A stretch of DNA of 64,000 nt from Selaginella moellendorffii (Eukaryota; Plantae; Lycopodiophyta): positions 3,771,229-3,835,228 of the forward strand of contig NW_003314264.1 of assembly GCF_000143415.4 (NCBI RefSeq), in the 5' to 3' direction. The first letter of the stretch is position 1. Every line of letters begins with the position of its first letter. A program made the position numbers and the translations under genes. Shown one piece after another: positions 1-12,700 of this stretch. The notes below the pieces were generated by a model that was not told the DNA's origin, searched no databases, and saw nothing but the letters and a program-made list of their open reading frames with translations.

Positions 1-2950
1 CAACTAAAGGAGTTGGTGGACAAAGGGTATGCTAGATTGAGCAAGTTGCCATATAGGGCACCGGTGTTATTTGTGAAAAAGAAAGATGGATCTATGCGCA
101 TGTGCATGACTACCAGTTGCTCAACAAGTATACAAAGAAGAACAAATAGCCTTTGCCAAGGATTGAGGACCTGTTCGATAGGTTGGGAAAGGTAAAATAC
201 TTCTTGAGGATTGACTTAAGGCAAGGATACTACCAAATCAGGGTAGCAGAGGAAGATGTCGAGAAGACACCCTGTCGAACAAGGTATAGGAGCTTTGAGT
301 TTTTGGTGATGCCCTTCAGGCTATGCAATGCGCCGGCAACGTTTTCGGCGTTGATGAACCACATCTTTGTACCCTATCTGAATTACTTTTTGGTCGTCTA
401 TATTAACAACATCTTAATTTATAGCAAAACACTAGAGGAGCATGCCAAACACTTGACAAAGGTGTTTAAGAAACTAAGGGAACACCAACTGTATGCTAAA
501 GAAAGCAAATGTGACTTTGCTCAACAAGAAGTAAAATTTCTCGGGCATGTGATGGGCAAGGACGGGCTTAAGGTGGACCCTGAGAATGTCTAAGCGATCC
601 AGGATTGGGAGCGACCATCGAATGTACATAAGTTAAGGGCATTTTTGGGGCTATGCAACTACTACCGAAAGTTTATCAAACACTATTTGAGAGTAACCCT
701 ACCCTTAACGGACCAAACAGGAAAAGGGAAAATGGTATGGACAGTGGAATGTGAGGCGACATTTGTCCACCTCAAAGGGAAGTTCAGGAAGGCTCTTGTG
801 TTGGCGTTACTAGACTTTGGTAAGGACTTTGAGGTAGAAATGGATGCTTCAGACTTTGCGTTGGGCGCAATTTTGACGCAAGACAACAGTCTAGTAGCAT
901 TCTTTTCGAAAAAGTTGGACAAGGATCAACAGAAGTGGTCTGCCCACGAAAAGGAATTGTTTGCGGTGGTCAAGGTGCTCAAGGAGTGATGACACTACCT
1001 TGGGAGACACTTCAAGGTTTACACGGACAATGTGGCAACGAACAGCCTGACCTGAGAGGGAAATAGAGTCGGTGGGCCAATGCTTTGGCCGAGTTCAATT
1101 GCGAGATTCTATATAAGCCTGGGAAGAGCAACATCATGGCAGATGCGTTAAGTCGAAAAGCAAGCTTGAAGTTAGTGATATCCAGCGCGACAGCAACCTT
1201 TTGGGATGATGTGCGGACAACATATGAGAACGATGGTATAGCACAAGAAGTGTTACTATGGAATTTAGAGGCATGAGAAGTGCACTAGAGAGATGAGCTA
1301 CCAACGGAAGAGAAAACAAGCTATGCGGAACGTAACGGACTCATCTATTACAAGCAAATGAGGGTGTATGTTCTAGAAGGTGAACTAAGGAGGGTAGCCT
1401 TAGAAGAGTGTCATAACAGACCTTTTGCAAGACACAGCGGAGTGCCCAAGATAATGGGCTTACTCAAGAGGAAGTACCACTGGCCAGATATGGCTAAGAA
1501 CGTCCAAGATTATGTAAAGACATGTCCAACATGTCAGTAGGTCAAAGCCGTGATTAAGGCTAGTGGGGGCTTGTTACAAAACATCCCAATTCCAGATCGT
1601 CCGTAGAAATGTCTTACGATGGACTTCATCACAGGACTCCCCCCGAGCGAGGGGTTCGATGTGATATTCGTGGTGGTGGACCGATTTTCAAAGATGGGCA
1701 CATTTCATACCCACCACAACAGAAGTGGATGCGAAAGGTGTAGCGAAGCTGTTCTTCGAATAAGTGGTTCGAGTGCAGGGAAGGCCAGAAGAGATTATCT
1801 CAGATCGAGATAAGATCTTCACCAGTAGGTTCTGGAGAACTCTCTTGGAACAGTATTGCACCAAGTTGAAATTCAGCACAACCTATCACCCACAAACAGG
1901 TATTGGGTATTAAGTCAAGTTTGATGGCAGTAACACTTCTTGACACACAGACAAACGAAAAGGGTGATTAGGCAGTTGGAGGATATGTCTCGGGAGACTA
2001 GACCAATTGGGTAAGTCATTTGGGACTTGCGGAAATGTATTATAACAGTTCACCACATTCGAATATTAAGGTGAGTCCATGGGAAGTCATCAATAAGTGA
2101 GCTATTAAAGGTCTTGTGGAACTCAGCGTGGCTGAGTATCATGGAGGGTTACCTGCAGTGGAGGCATTCATAGCGGAAAGACTCAATATTTGGAATCTAG
2201 TGAGGGATTCCTTGGAACAGGCTCAACAAAGGCAAACCAAGTACGTGAACCAAAAGCGCCGGGATGTAGAGTTCTAAGCTGGGGAGAAGGTATGGCTGAA
2301 CACCAAGAACATTAGGCTACCAAATGGGATCAGTCGGAGGTTGACCCAAAGGTAAAAATACATGTATTCCTGTAAATGAATTGATCTTGAGTTCCTTAAG
2401 CAAGTTCGCAGGGCCTTATGAGATTAAGGCACGAATTGGTAAAATGGCTTACCATCTCCGACTTTCTCAAGAGATGGGGAAGATGCACTCGATGTTCCAC
2501 GTAAACTTACTCAAGCCGTATTTTGAGGATCCGCTTCGCAAGAACTAAGTAAGACCTTTACCTGAGGTTATCTAAGGGGAAGAGGAATACGAAGTCGAGG
2601 CCATCCTCAATACGTGCAAGAGCAAGCGATAAGGACGCGATGTGAAAGAGTTCCATGTGAAATGGAAAGGATTTTATAAGCAACCAAAGGGAACGACTCG
2701 AAAGATGATCTATTGGGGTTCAAATATAGGGAAAAGGGCCCATGAACAAAAGTGCACCCTCTTTTCCAATTAGTTAAGGGTCTTGGGATACTTGGGGTTA
2801 AATGTCCTTGGATTTGAATATTATTGGGTGGGTGACCTCCTGGGAAGTCCAAATTTAGGAGCTTACAAATTTCCACACTGCGAAGCAACATAGGAACCTG
2901 AGAAGAACCTAATGAACGCGCGAGATTTAGTGGAGGAATTTCTGCAAGGC
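1..2950 (+). mobile_element. Degenerate Ty3/gypsy chromovirus pol (RT, RNase H, integrase, chromodomain), cut by the window edge
   Basis: Fragmented ORFs in gypsy order: RT ([35 protein letters not shown]), RNase H (EMDASDFALGAIL, HEKELFAV), integrase (ECHNRPFARHSG...[21 protein letters not shown]). The chromodomain reads EEEYEVEAIL...EFHVKWKGF then PHCEAT*EPEKNL. Many stops and frameshifts. Confidence 0.95.
2675..2867 (+). mobile_element. Solo LTR with 5S rRNA-derived internal promoter (Cassandra-like TRIM), inserted in the chromodomain
   Basis: Ends TATAAGC...GCTTACA (TG..CA inverted termini, one transition). 5-bp TSD GATTT/AATTT. Removing it restores KWKGF-PHCEAT*EPEKNL. Region ~2796-2850 aligns to the plant 5S rRNA A-box to C-box, including an exact TGGGTGACCTCCTGGGAAGTCC. 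Confidence 0.85.
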
Positions 2951-3489
2951 AGAACTCTATGTACTTATGCAAAGTTCAATTAAAGCATCAATTTATGAAG
3001 TTGAGCAATGGCATATTGTGGGACTTGAAGGCACGCCGAAGGTAAGCTAATTAGCATGGGTTAACTAAGTTGACCAGGCATAAAGAACTACGCCCGACTC
3101 CCCACGGGGATGTCGAATCCGTAGATGTATTCTATGGAGGTTGGGTTCGAGTCCCAACTCCCTAGTAAAGCAAAGGGGGTTGCAGGGGGTTCCAAAAATA
3201 TAGTAGGGATAGTGAGGTCTAGGAATCTAGGAACCAATCTTGAAAGAACTCTTTAGTGGTGCTTCTAAACTAACTTGAGGTTGAGATTGGGGTCGAGGGG
3301 CCTTAGGTGGTTGAATGAGCATGGCTAATGCTCTGTTGCTTATGCAGTGAGTAGCTGAAATCAAGTAAGACCAAGTAAGAGTTGGTACAATATGTGAAAA
3401 CTTTGGCGAGGGAACTTAGCAAAAACCAAGGAAGGGAAAAATTTGTGGCTTACATACCCCTTATATGCTCTTCCCCAATTTTAAGCATG

Positions 3490-4495
3490 TTAAAACGTAA
3501 ACTCTATGGTGTTTTAGAGGATAAATATGAAAAACCTCTTGTTCATATGATTCTTCATTTCCCGAAAGAACTTTTATGTCAAGACTTTCCATTGCAGCAA
3601 CATCAATAGAACATTAATGATGCAAAGACCTCCATTTAAAAAATGGAAAACACCAATCTGGAAAACATTAACAACATTGATATGTGTGGCCAACCTTATC
3701 ACATACCCAACAGCTAACATCACAACTATAATCACATCCTTGTTCTTGCTCTTGAACATGGGCAACAGTAGCATCCACCTCCATTAGAACAAGACCTATG
3801 CAACAACAAGTGGAACAAATAATATCTCATAATATTGTATCAATTGAAAAGCATTATTAAAGATGGTAAGAGCAAGTGTATGCACAAGTCCCATAAGATC
3901 TTGATAAAATGTTAGTGGCAATATTCCTAACGTGATTCACTCTAATATATTTGACTTCACAAGAGGTTTCGAAAGTACTAACTTATATAGCTCTTAAAGA
4001 TGATACAATTACTGAAAGGCATCATCACAATTGTTAATATGTTGAAATATAAGCTTCAAAATATTTATGAGAAAGCTAAATCTAATTTGCACAAGCAAAC
4101 TATTGTACCACCATAATGCCATCCTTTGGAGGCACATGTGAAACTCTCACAAATGTAGGGCATCATCCCAAGAATGATAAATGACAATTACTGTAAAGTG
4201 ATTAAACTAATAATACATATCATCCCTAGTATTCTTATAGAAAAACTCCAATTGGATATGAGGATTGGTAATAAAAGTAGAAATTGTACAATATGCCATA
4301 AATGCTACTATCAATTAAGTTTAATTATTCAGTTGCAGCCAAATAACATTAAGTAATAATGCTCTACAGTCAAAGGAGGAGAAGTTATGTAAAAAGTTAG
4401 ATTTAAACCAAAATCATAAATCCAAGCACTCTTCAAGGATAATTAAAGTTATTTTTCACCTCCACCAATATAAGTGCATAGAATACGAAAGTGGT
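3490..4495 (-). mobile_element. Highly decayed 5' part (LTR edge, PBS, gag) of the gypsy family at 33002-38001
   Basis: 4400-4490 matches 37755-37850 (aaatccaagcactc...ttcacctccaccaa plus LTR start). 3575-3800 matches the gag at 36700-36920. Strongly AT-shifted. Confidence 0.8.
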
Positions 4496-4858
4496 GTGTT
4501 ACCTAGTTTATGTCTCAAAAGTTTTATTTATAAGTGTTGAAAATTAAGAATTAGATAATGTATATAAAGTATAAGATTTTTAATGAATAGCTTTTAAAAC
4601 TATACACTAATCTCAAATTTTATTTATATAATAATTCACTTTTATTTATTTATTTATTTAAAAATACTAAATATGTACAGATACAATTCTATATAGTATT
4701 ATTAGTGTAGTGAGATTCTAGTAGCCATTAGATTGATTTAAATCCAGATCACTTGGTTTGGCATATCATATCATGATGTTCTTTTTAAAGAATTCAAATT
4801 TATATTAAACATTTGATATTACTAGTGCTTAGAAAATTTGAATACAATTTTAAATGTG

Positions 4859-5716
4859 TTAAATAATTTATTGCACATTGCATGCAGCAATGTTTGGTTT
4901 GCTTAATAGTCATGTTACTCTTATTTAAAAATCCAATTAATCAAATGGAAGTTTATAATTATAAGTATATTTATATTTTATAAACACAAGTTTAATCTTA
5001 TTGCATATCAACCATTATATGGTAGAATAAAAAAGAATATACTAGAAACTGTTAATAGGGAAAATTTATAAATTATAAACATGCTTATAAATGCAAGATG
5101 AATCTCAACTGTTAGATGGTAGAATATCCTAGAATATCCCAATATATTCTAGGTATATGCACTACCATCCTAGGTTTTCTTAAGCAAACCAAAAAGGATT
5201 TTTATTTATTTCTATTAAAATTATTTCACTACTTTAAAATTAAAATTATAGACATATCATGAAGTTTTATTTAATTTAAATATTTTGTGAATATAAAATA
5301 ATACATCACCCAAAATAATGATCTTCAAGTTTCCTATACTATTTAATAAGTGTAAAGTTATAAACCCCTTTTTCTGTTGAGAAATTGCAATTTTTGGTTT
5401 GCTTAAGCCTGAATATACCTACTGAATATACTGACTATACCTAGAATATGCTTGGATATTCTATAATATTTTACCATCTAACAGTTGTTATTCTTTTAAA
5501 TTAATCTTGTATTTTTAATTTATAAACATATTTATAATTTATAAACTTTCTTAAACCCTTTCTAGTATATTCTTTTTTATTCTATCATCTTATGCAATAC
5601 GCTTAATGTTGTATTTATAAATTAGAATATGCTTATAATTATAAACTATATTTGATCAATTTGATTAATAAGTAAAAATAACACTGCTACATGCAACACA
5701 TAACAATTTATTTAAG
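4859..5716. repeat. Long imperfect inverted repeat (foldback/MITE-like); arms ~4859-5195 and ~5391-5716
   Basis: Complementary blocks in mirrored order: cttaagcaaaccaaaaa/tttttggtttgcttaag, caactgttagatggta/taccatctaacagttg, agaataaaaaagaatatactagaaa/tttctagtatattcttttttattct, gtttataattataag/cttataattataaac. Confidence 0.85.
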
Positions 5717-8444
5717 GTATGTTGCATGAATTTAATATGTATTTATTTTATTCGCTTCCATCACTTTGTAATAATGAATTTATTTTTGGATGTAGATTAT
5801 GTTATTTCTTTAATAGCTACTATCGTGTTATGTGACATAGCAATTACTACTGTAAAATATCCTCCGAAATGAAATAAGTAGCACAAACATCATATTCTAG
5901 AGAACTTCTAGTGAAAAGAATTTTATTGGCCTTGTTCCGTTATGCCTCTAAAAAAAGTTAGACTTGGAAAGTTTTATCTAAAAATCAATACATGTTTAGC
6001 AAAATGGCTTGGTTGGTGGCACCCTTTGTAATAATTTTGTAAACTATAGGAATTCATAGTGCACATCTTTTTTCATACCCTCCTGGAAATTGTTTGAGCT
6101 TTAAGCAAGTCGCCTTTCCTTTAGCACTTGACTCAATACCCGTGCCTTGCTCAGCTGCAGAGGTGCAGCACAAACCAGCAACGTACACCGATACGTCTGT
6201 GTGTATCACGAAAAGGATGAACTCAACTCGCCGGCTCATACATCCACATCCTCAAGAGCATGCTCCTGCAGATTTTCCCCAACCCAAAATCCCAAAGGCT
6301 TGAAAGCAACAACCAAGTTTTGTCTTTCAAGCAAAAGCAAAGCTTTCGTCCGAACTGTGTTACCTCTAGCTGCTCAACGACAGTGTACGCGCACGACTGT
6401 ACAGTACTTGGAAGAGATCCCTCAACTCAACTCTTGCTTTTTCCCCCTGTTGGAAGTCAGATTCGGAAGAGCAGGCTTTTACAGTCAGTCAGGTTCCTCC
6501 CTCCTTCTAGACTACTAAAACCAGAGAGAATCTACCACGGAATCCGGCGGGCAACAAGGGGAATTTCAGCATCCGGAACCAGCATTCTTCCTCGAGAAGC
6601 CCAAATAAGCAGAGGACAGGAAACAAGGACGGAAATGGAACAAGGAAGCCAGCAAACAAAGCAAGCTCTCGGAAGCCATATCTATCCATGTATTAGGGCT
6701 CCTGCTGCTAATGCAGCACTCTGACTCTGACTCAAACCGGCTGCTTCAGAGACCCAACTGACACACGCTGAGGGTGAGAGACGAAGGAGAGGTGAGGTGA
6801 TAAGAATTTTGTTTGCTTTTAAAACAAAGAAAGGCTCTGACCGAGAACATGCTGCCATATGCCTGATCATGAATACTGGAATAATCTCAGAAAGGTGCCG
6901 CTGCATTTTAAACAAGAGAAAGATCTGGCTGCCTGGCCGCTGCTGCAGCTGTTGCCGCTGCTGCTGCCGCTGATGCTGCTTTGACCGATTTCATCACCCA
7001 TCATTCGCTCTTTCGTTTTCATTCATTCTGTTTGAGCTCACTCCTCTCATCTTTTCTATTCTCTTTGAAAACAAATGGTCCATGGTCTCGGGCGATTTTT
7101 AAAATGCCCTTCGCACTCACTCGAATTACTCGCGATGGAGCTTTCAATTGTCTGAGCCGCTGCTGTTGCTGCTGCTGCTCCTGGTGCTGCTGAGCTGAGC
7201 GCACTCCTGAAAGCGAATACGACGACCCGGCATTCTGAAGGATGGATTTGATTCCTCGCGGAAGACATATACAGAGAGACATGTCTCCATACACTCTCCT
7301 CTTCCCATTCATCTTTCTCATTTCCCGTATTGGATGCAGATATACACCATCAACTTGCAGAAATTTTTCTGTTATGTAATATCTTCACTTCAGAAAGGAT
7401 GGCACTTCTTGGAGGCCTAGGACCACCCCACTAAATACTAGCGCTTGGTACTACTATACTACTCTACACTTCTACCTTGTCAAAGACCAAAGACTGCAAG
7501 TTCAATTCAACTCTCCATTTCTGTGTCAAGCGCTTTCGAAGAGTGATTGAGCAAACGACACCACTACACACATAGACACACACACACACACACACACATT
7601 TGGAGTGCGTCGTCCATTTCTCTCTCTTTCTTTCGCCCTCCAAGGACGTCAGGAGCTCTGGGACAATCAACAACAACGCTACGAGACGACACAACTTGAG
7701 TATATAAAAAAGCCCAGTGGAGGTTTTGTCAATCGCCCTCCCCACACTCCAACAATCAAGTTGGAAGCACAGCGACTGAGAATCTGAAAGAACATTAGCC
7801 TATTTCGTTTTTTCTTTTTTTCTCATGCATTTTTTCTCCTTTTCTTCTTTTGTTTTTTTCTTTTTTCCTTGGCTTCGGATGATGATGGCGATGATATGTT
7901 GGTTGATGATGATGAAACATTTACACAAGAAAAAACGACACTCGAGTTGTGGACTGAGCTCATCAGCCCTTCCGTCCGACCAACGCAACAGCATCTTTTC
8001 AATTCTTGTTCTTGATCCTCCTAGCTTCGACATTGCCTCCGGAACTTTCGGGCGGAGAGCTGGAACGGTCGAGATAATTGTCATTTCGTGCTGGATTGTG
8101 CGTCCAGGAGCTGACTGGCGAGACCCACAAGTCTTTGATTGGGATACAAAGAGAGAAACGATGAAACGAAGGCCAAAGATGGTGGACGAGACGAACGAAG
8201 GGAAAAGAGACAACTTTTCTTATACTGAAAGAACCTCTAGGGAATTTAGAAACAAAACAAAGAAGCTACGATGCTTAAATTCTCTCGCTGCGTGGCGCTC
8301 TAGATCCGTGACTCGAAAGAGAGAGAGACAGAGAGAGAGAGAGGAAGGTAAAGGAAACTAGAAAGATTGGAGCAAACTAGAAACCACTTCCGACTCTCCA
8401 TGATCGATCGCCGATGGATGATCCTCCTCTCGCTCCTATCTCGC

Positions 8445-8843
8445 TCATAACCAGAGCGCCCCGGCCTCCTTGAGCTGAGGCACGAGCGAGCCGGAGATGT
8501 GCGCCGCCATCACCTGATCAAGGCCCCCGATGAGCTTGCCGCCGATGAAGACGGTGGGCACGACCTGCGAGTCGCCCATTATCCGGGCCAGGGCCTCCTC
8601 CATGTCGCCGCCATCGCTCTCCTCGTCCATCTCGTACACGGTGGGGTTCACGCCCAGGCTGCACAGCAGGCTCTTGACGACGTGACACATGCAGCAGCTG
8701 CTCATGCTGAAGATCACCACCGCGTTCTCCGACACCATGCGCTCCACCCTCTCCATGGCGCTCAGCGCGCCGTGGCAGTGGCCGCCGCCGCCGGATCCCA
8801 TGAGCTGGAATGCCGTCGAGGCGTGGCTGGAGATGTCGTACAT
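8445..8843 (-). CDS. CC-type (ROXY-like) glutaredoxin, intronless
   Basis: Active site CCMC, VPTVFIGG, C-terminal LVPQLKEAGALWL. First ATG at 8843; the ORF-track start at 8849 is GTG. Confidence 0.95.
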   Translation of the reverse strand: MYDISSHASTAFQLMGSGGGGHCHGALSAMERVERMVSENAVVIFSMSSCCMCHVVKSLLCSLGVNPTVYEMDEESDGGDMEEALARIMGDSQVVPTVFIGGKLIGGLDQVMAAHISGSLVPQLKEAGALWL

Positions 8844-9588
8844 TGTCACTCCCGAGAATTCGGAGAGATGCCGCGCGGAGGCCTGGAGAGCTAGCGCAGT
8901 TCGCGAAGATGGAGGAGGCGGATGAACTGGAGCAAGCGTGCGAGAGAGCTTCTATATTCTTCTGCGGAGAGAGGGACGAGGACGATTCAGGAACAAGACA
9001 GTGGCAGCCGAGAGCTGCGAGAGTGACAAGAGCTATCACAAGCGACAAATGTGCCTTGGCCAAGGAAATCTTGGATATGTCGTCGCGCGATCGATCACAG
9101 CACGGCCACAGCACAGCACAGAGAGAGCAGCACAGCGCGCGCCTCCTCCAAAGGCAAAAAGAGAGCTCGCTTCGTGGCTTCTTCTTTCTTCTTTCAAAGA
9201 AAACCAAGAAACGGGAGAGGCGAAGGTCGACCGATCACACTGCTGCTTTGCCGATGGAGAAAGATTCGCGGGGCGGAATTGGGACCGGAAGAAAGAGAGA
9301 TGCCGCGGCAATCTTTCCGCCAGAGGCGAGGGAATGGGAGGCGGATCAAGAAGGCGCAGAGCTGTGGAGCGAGCAATGCGGCGGAGAAGCTAGCAGCATG
9401 CACGATCGCGATCACGAACCGAGCGAGAGAGAAACACCCAAGAGCCCCGAAAGAAGCAAAATCCCTCTCCTCTCCCGGACGAAACCAGAAGAAATCCCGA
9501 AGAACACAAGCAACAAACAAAGCCAAAAACCAAAAGCGCTCTATGTGTTTTTACCACCCACTGTTACCGTGACCCCTCCCGGCATTGC

Positions 9589-9768
9589 TTTATATACAGG
9601 TGGTTGGGTGGGGTAAAACAAGTTAAACGCCTTCTTTTCGTTTCACACCGGAAGAGAGAGAGTGCCGCGCATGCATGCATCCATCCCGCCATTCCGCCAT
9701 CCATCCAAGATTTTATCTTCCTGCCACGCAAGCACTGACGTGGCTAGTGCTTTCACTGTGCACGTCAG
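9589..9768 (-). promoter_or_regulatory. Putative glutaredoxin promoter: TATA, RY-like repeat and an inverted pair of TGACGTG motifs
   Basis: TATATAAA on minus at ~9589-9596. CATGCATGCAT at ~9670-9680. CTGACGTG at 9735-9742 and CACGTCAG at 9761-9768. A CT-rich leader lies between the TATA and the ATG. Confidence 0.5.
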
Positions 9769-12700
9769 CGATACCGCCAGCGTGGAGAAAGGTCCCCACT
9801 TTCTCGCGCAAAAGCAGAGCCAAGAAAAGCTTGCATTGATATGAAACAATGAATTCAAAGGCTTACATCACATTGAAAACAGCCAGGGATGAGAATCTCG
9901 CAGTTGCAAGCTATTTTTGACCTAATCGGCATTGATACGTTAACATGGAGGGGGAGCAATCACGCCTTTACAACAGGAATATCATACACTTGCAATAATG
10001 AATTGATCTACCAAAAGCAACGCAAACAGTTGATAGATTGCCCCCGAGATACGCAATGAGTCCACCTTCTTAGGGTTGGCATTTTGACTTGGGGGAATCA
10101 TTTTATCTTTTCCTCGACTCCCGATCGAAATCAGCTTGAATCACATCATTTGCGGCATGGAATTTCAAAGGCCATGGTACTGGCCAGGGGGGCAATCATA
10201 GGTTTCCCACTTTGTTCAACCTACTCACGTGCGCTTGCAAGTTAAGAAATCCCCACTGTTGATCATCGTTCCCATAAATCTAGTGCTTTTCTCATGTACT
10301 AAGTTCATTGCAATGGGACATTCCCAAACCCGCACATTGTCAAGTTCCATGGCGGATCACCAGTGACCTAGTTTCCGCTAGACCCCCTTTTGAAATTTTC
10401 AGTCTCCATCTCTCTCTCGCAGTATATATACATACAAAGTTACACCAAAGCAAGGCAAGTGGTCTTTTGCCTTGCCAGCTGGTTAAGTAAGGCCAAAGCA
10501 AATTCTTATTTTTTACCAACCCCCACTGGCAAAAGTAAAATTTCGCTTGTCTCTTGATGATCCATCCCCACTACCATATCAAGAATGAGGATTGAAATGT
10601 TGCCATCAAGCAACGTCTCATGGACATCATGTGGCCATTTCCTTTTTGGCTTTGCAGCTGCCCGCGAAGCTTTGACGTCATGTATGCATCCTACAAAGAT
10701 CACTACCATCATCCATGATGTATGCATATTTCCATGGTTGGTAGTTTTTAATCACTTGCGACCCTCCCCAGAACTCGTCGGTTAAACCATAGCCTTTTGG
10801 GTCCGGAATAGAATGAGGTACCTACGTATAGTCTAGTAACGTCCGGGCGTGCCGTACCACCCCCCCATGGTAGATTTTCTCCCTTCAATCGCCAGGGTTT
10901 AAGCTAATCATCTTCTCAATCATGGAGGCAATTTTTTTGTGCTCGAGTGTGAATTATAAAAACTTTGGGAGTTTGCGTTTTCGATACGTATTTCGAGGCC
11001 AGTCGTATGTACCAACCCAAATCCCTATGGCACCTGTGCGAGATATGTTAAATGCATGTGCTATGAGCCTATGGCTTAAACCTTGCTTGCACCATCGCCG
11101 CCGGCGCGTCTCCGGCTGCCACGTGTGAGCCGTCACCGCCACTGGCACCGCCCTTTTCCATACATAATGCGATCGAGCGGCCTATAGACTACTGGCGGGG
11201 ATTTGCCACGTGGGACGCCCCCTACGTTAGCGATTGCGTGGCGCGCTGTGTGTTTGGTATCTATGTCGGATCCTTTGCATGTGTGTGTGTGTGGTTGTGA
11301 TATTGTAAAATCCCCACCTTTTCCAAGATTTAAAAAATCGATCACTATATGCTTGCCATATGCTCTGGATATCGCAAATCAGCAAACCGGAGCGTACATT
11401 CGTTGGTGTTTCTTTTCGCTTTTCCCTTTTGATTTCTTTTTCATTTTTTATTTGGGCCGCGTTGGTACGGCCCCGGCTAAAAGCCAAATCAGCAGCAGAG
11501 TCAGGTGGTCGTGGCTGCCGTCACGCAACCACGTCAGTGGGGATGACAGGATTTGTCCGCCCACGCGCCCGAGCCCTAAATTTTGCAAAGTTAGTCAGCC
11601 CTAAGTGTGTGACGCGCGCGTGCGCTTGCGTCGCTCTCCCTGCTTTGCATGTTTTCGATTTCTTACGCCCTCGAGCCGGTTTAAAACGGAGGGCGTAAGA
11701 AATCGCAAAAAAACATTGACCGTCCGGAAATTTTCTGGCTGCATGAAGTAAACAAGGATCTTGGTGTGGTGGCGCGATCTTCCAGGGAGCTAATTTGTGA
11801 GAAGCTAATAGGGGGAATTGGGGTTAATACGAGGAAAGCAGCAACAACCAGAACACTGATGGATGATGGATGGAGAAAGGTCTCCTGCTGTTGAGATTCT
11901 CTCCATTAAAGGCGCGGGAAATGAATTGGGCGAGCAAGCAAGGACGTAGACGCCGACGGGCGGACGGGGTGGGAGGGATGTGGAGTCAGGGGGTCGTCTC
12001 ATCTCATCGTTGAATTCTCTCTTTGGAAGGGGAGATTTGATGTGGAAATCCGTGCAGAGAATGGAGCAATCTTTTTAGGGCTAGGGTGGTGGTGGTGGCA
12101 CCATTTTCTTGATTCGCCCACCGTCATTCCATAGCCGCCCTCGCCGCCTTTGCGAGGAATCTGGAATGCGGCCGGTACGGACGGACGGACGATTCCTAAC
12201 GGACGGACAGAGGCCGTCGCGGAACAAGGACGGCGGCCGGACACTCGTGGAATATCCCACGTATGTTCCTTTTTAAATTTTGTAATTGCGCGCTCTCAAC
12301 GGTCAAGAAGAGGGAATGGGAAATTTTTCCAAAATCCCACTGGCAAGAATTTGACAATACAACCGAATCCAGCTCTGCGCTTGCTTGCAATGCTTACGAT
12401 CAAATCCCATTCTCCGATGCGCAATTGACAGACATGCCACACAGGAAAAATATATCTATTTGTCGATGTTGTTTGCTGTTGATGATTTGTCAAGGTGACG
12501 CAAGACTTTACCCATTGTTTTAGAATGAGAACCGCCCAGCTTGTCAAAGACACGGACGAGATTGTAAACTAGAGAACAACTTGTGTCTTTCGATCTGTTT
12601 TTTACGGCTGTTTTTTACCTACCAGAGTCATGTTCCTGATGACGCAAGAGATCTCTCGAGCTAGATCTAATCGAGAATAGCTTTGTAGTCCGTGCGGCAT

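Noticed and set aside
2796-2850. Functional 5S rRNA gene
   Set aside because: Only ~55 nt of the ~120-nt gene, degenerate, and embedded in an LTR with a TSD.
3138-3172. tRNA gene
   Set aside because: Only a T-arm-like hairpin; no D-arm, anticodon arm or full acceptor stem could be built.
8518-9616. Long overlapping ORFs (229 and 268 aa) around the glutaredoxin
   Set aside because: GC-rich leader or antisense frames with no recognisable domains.
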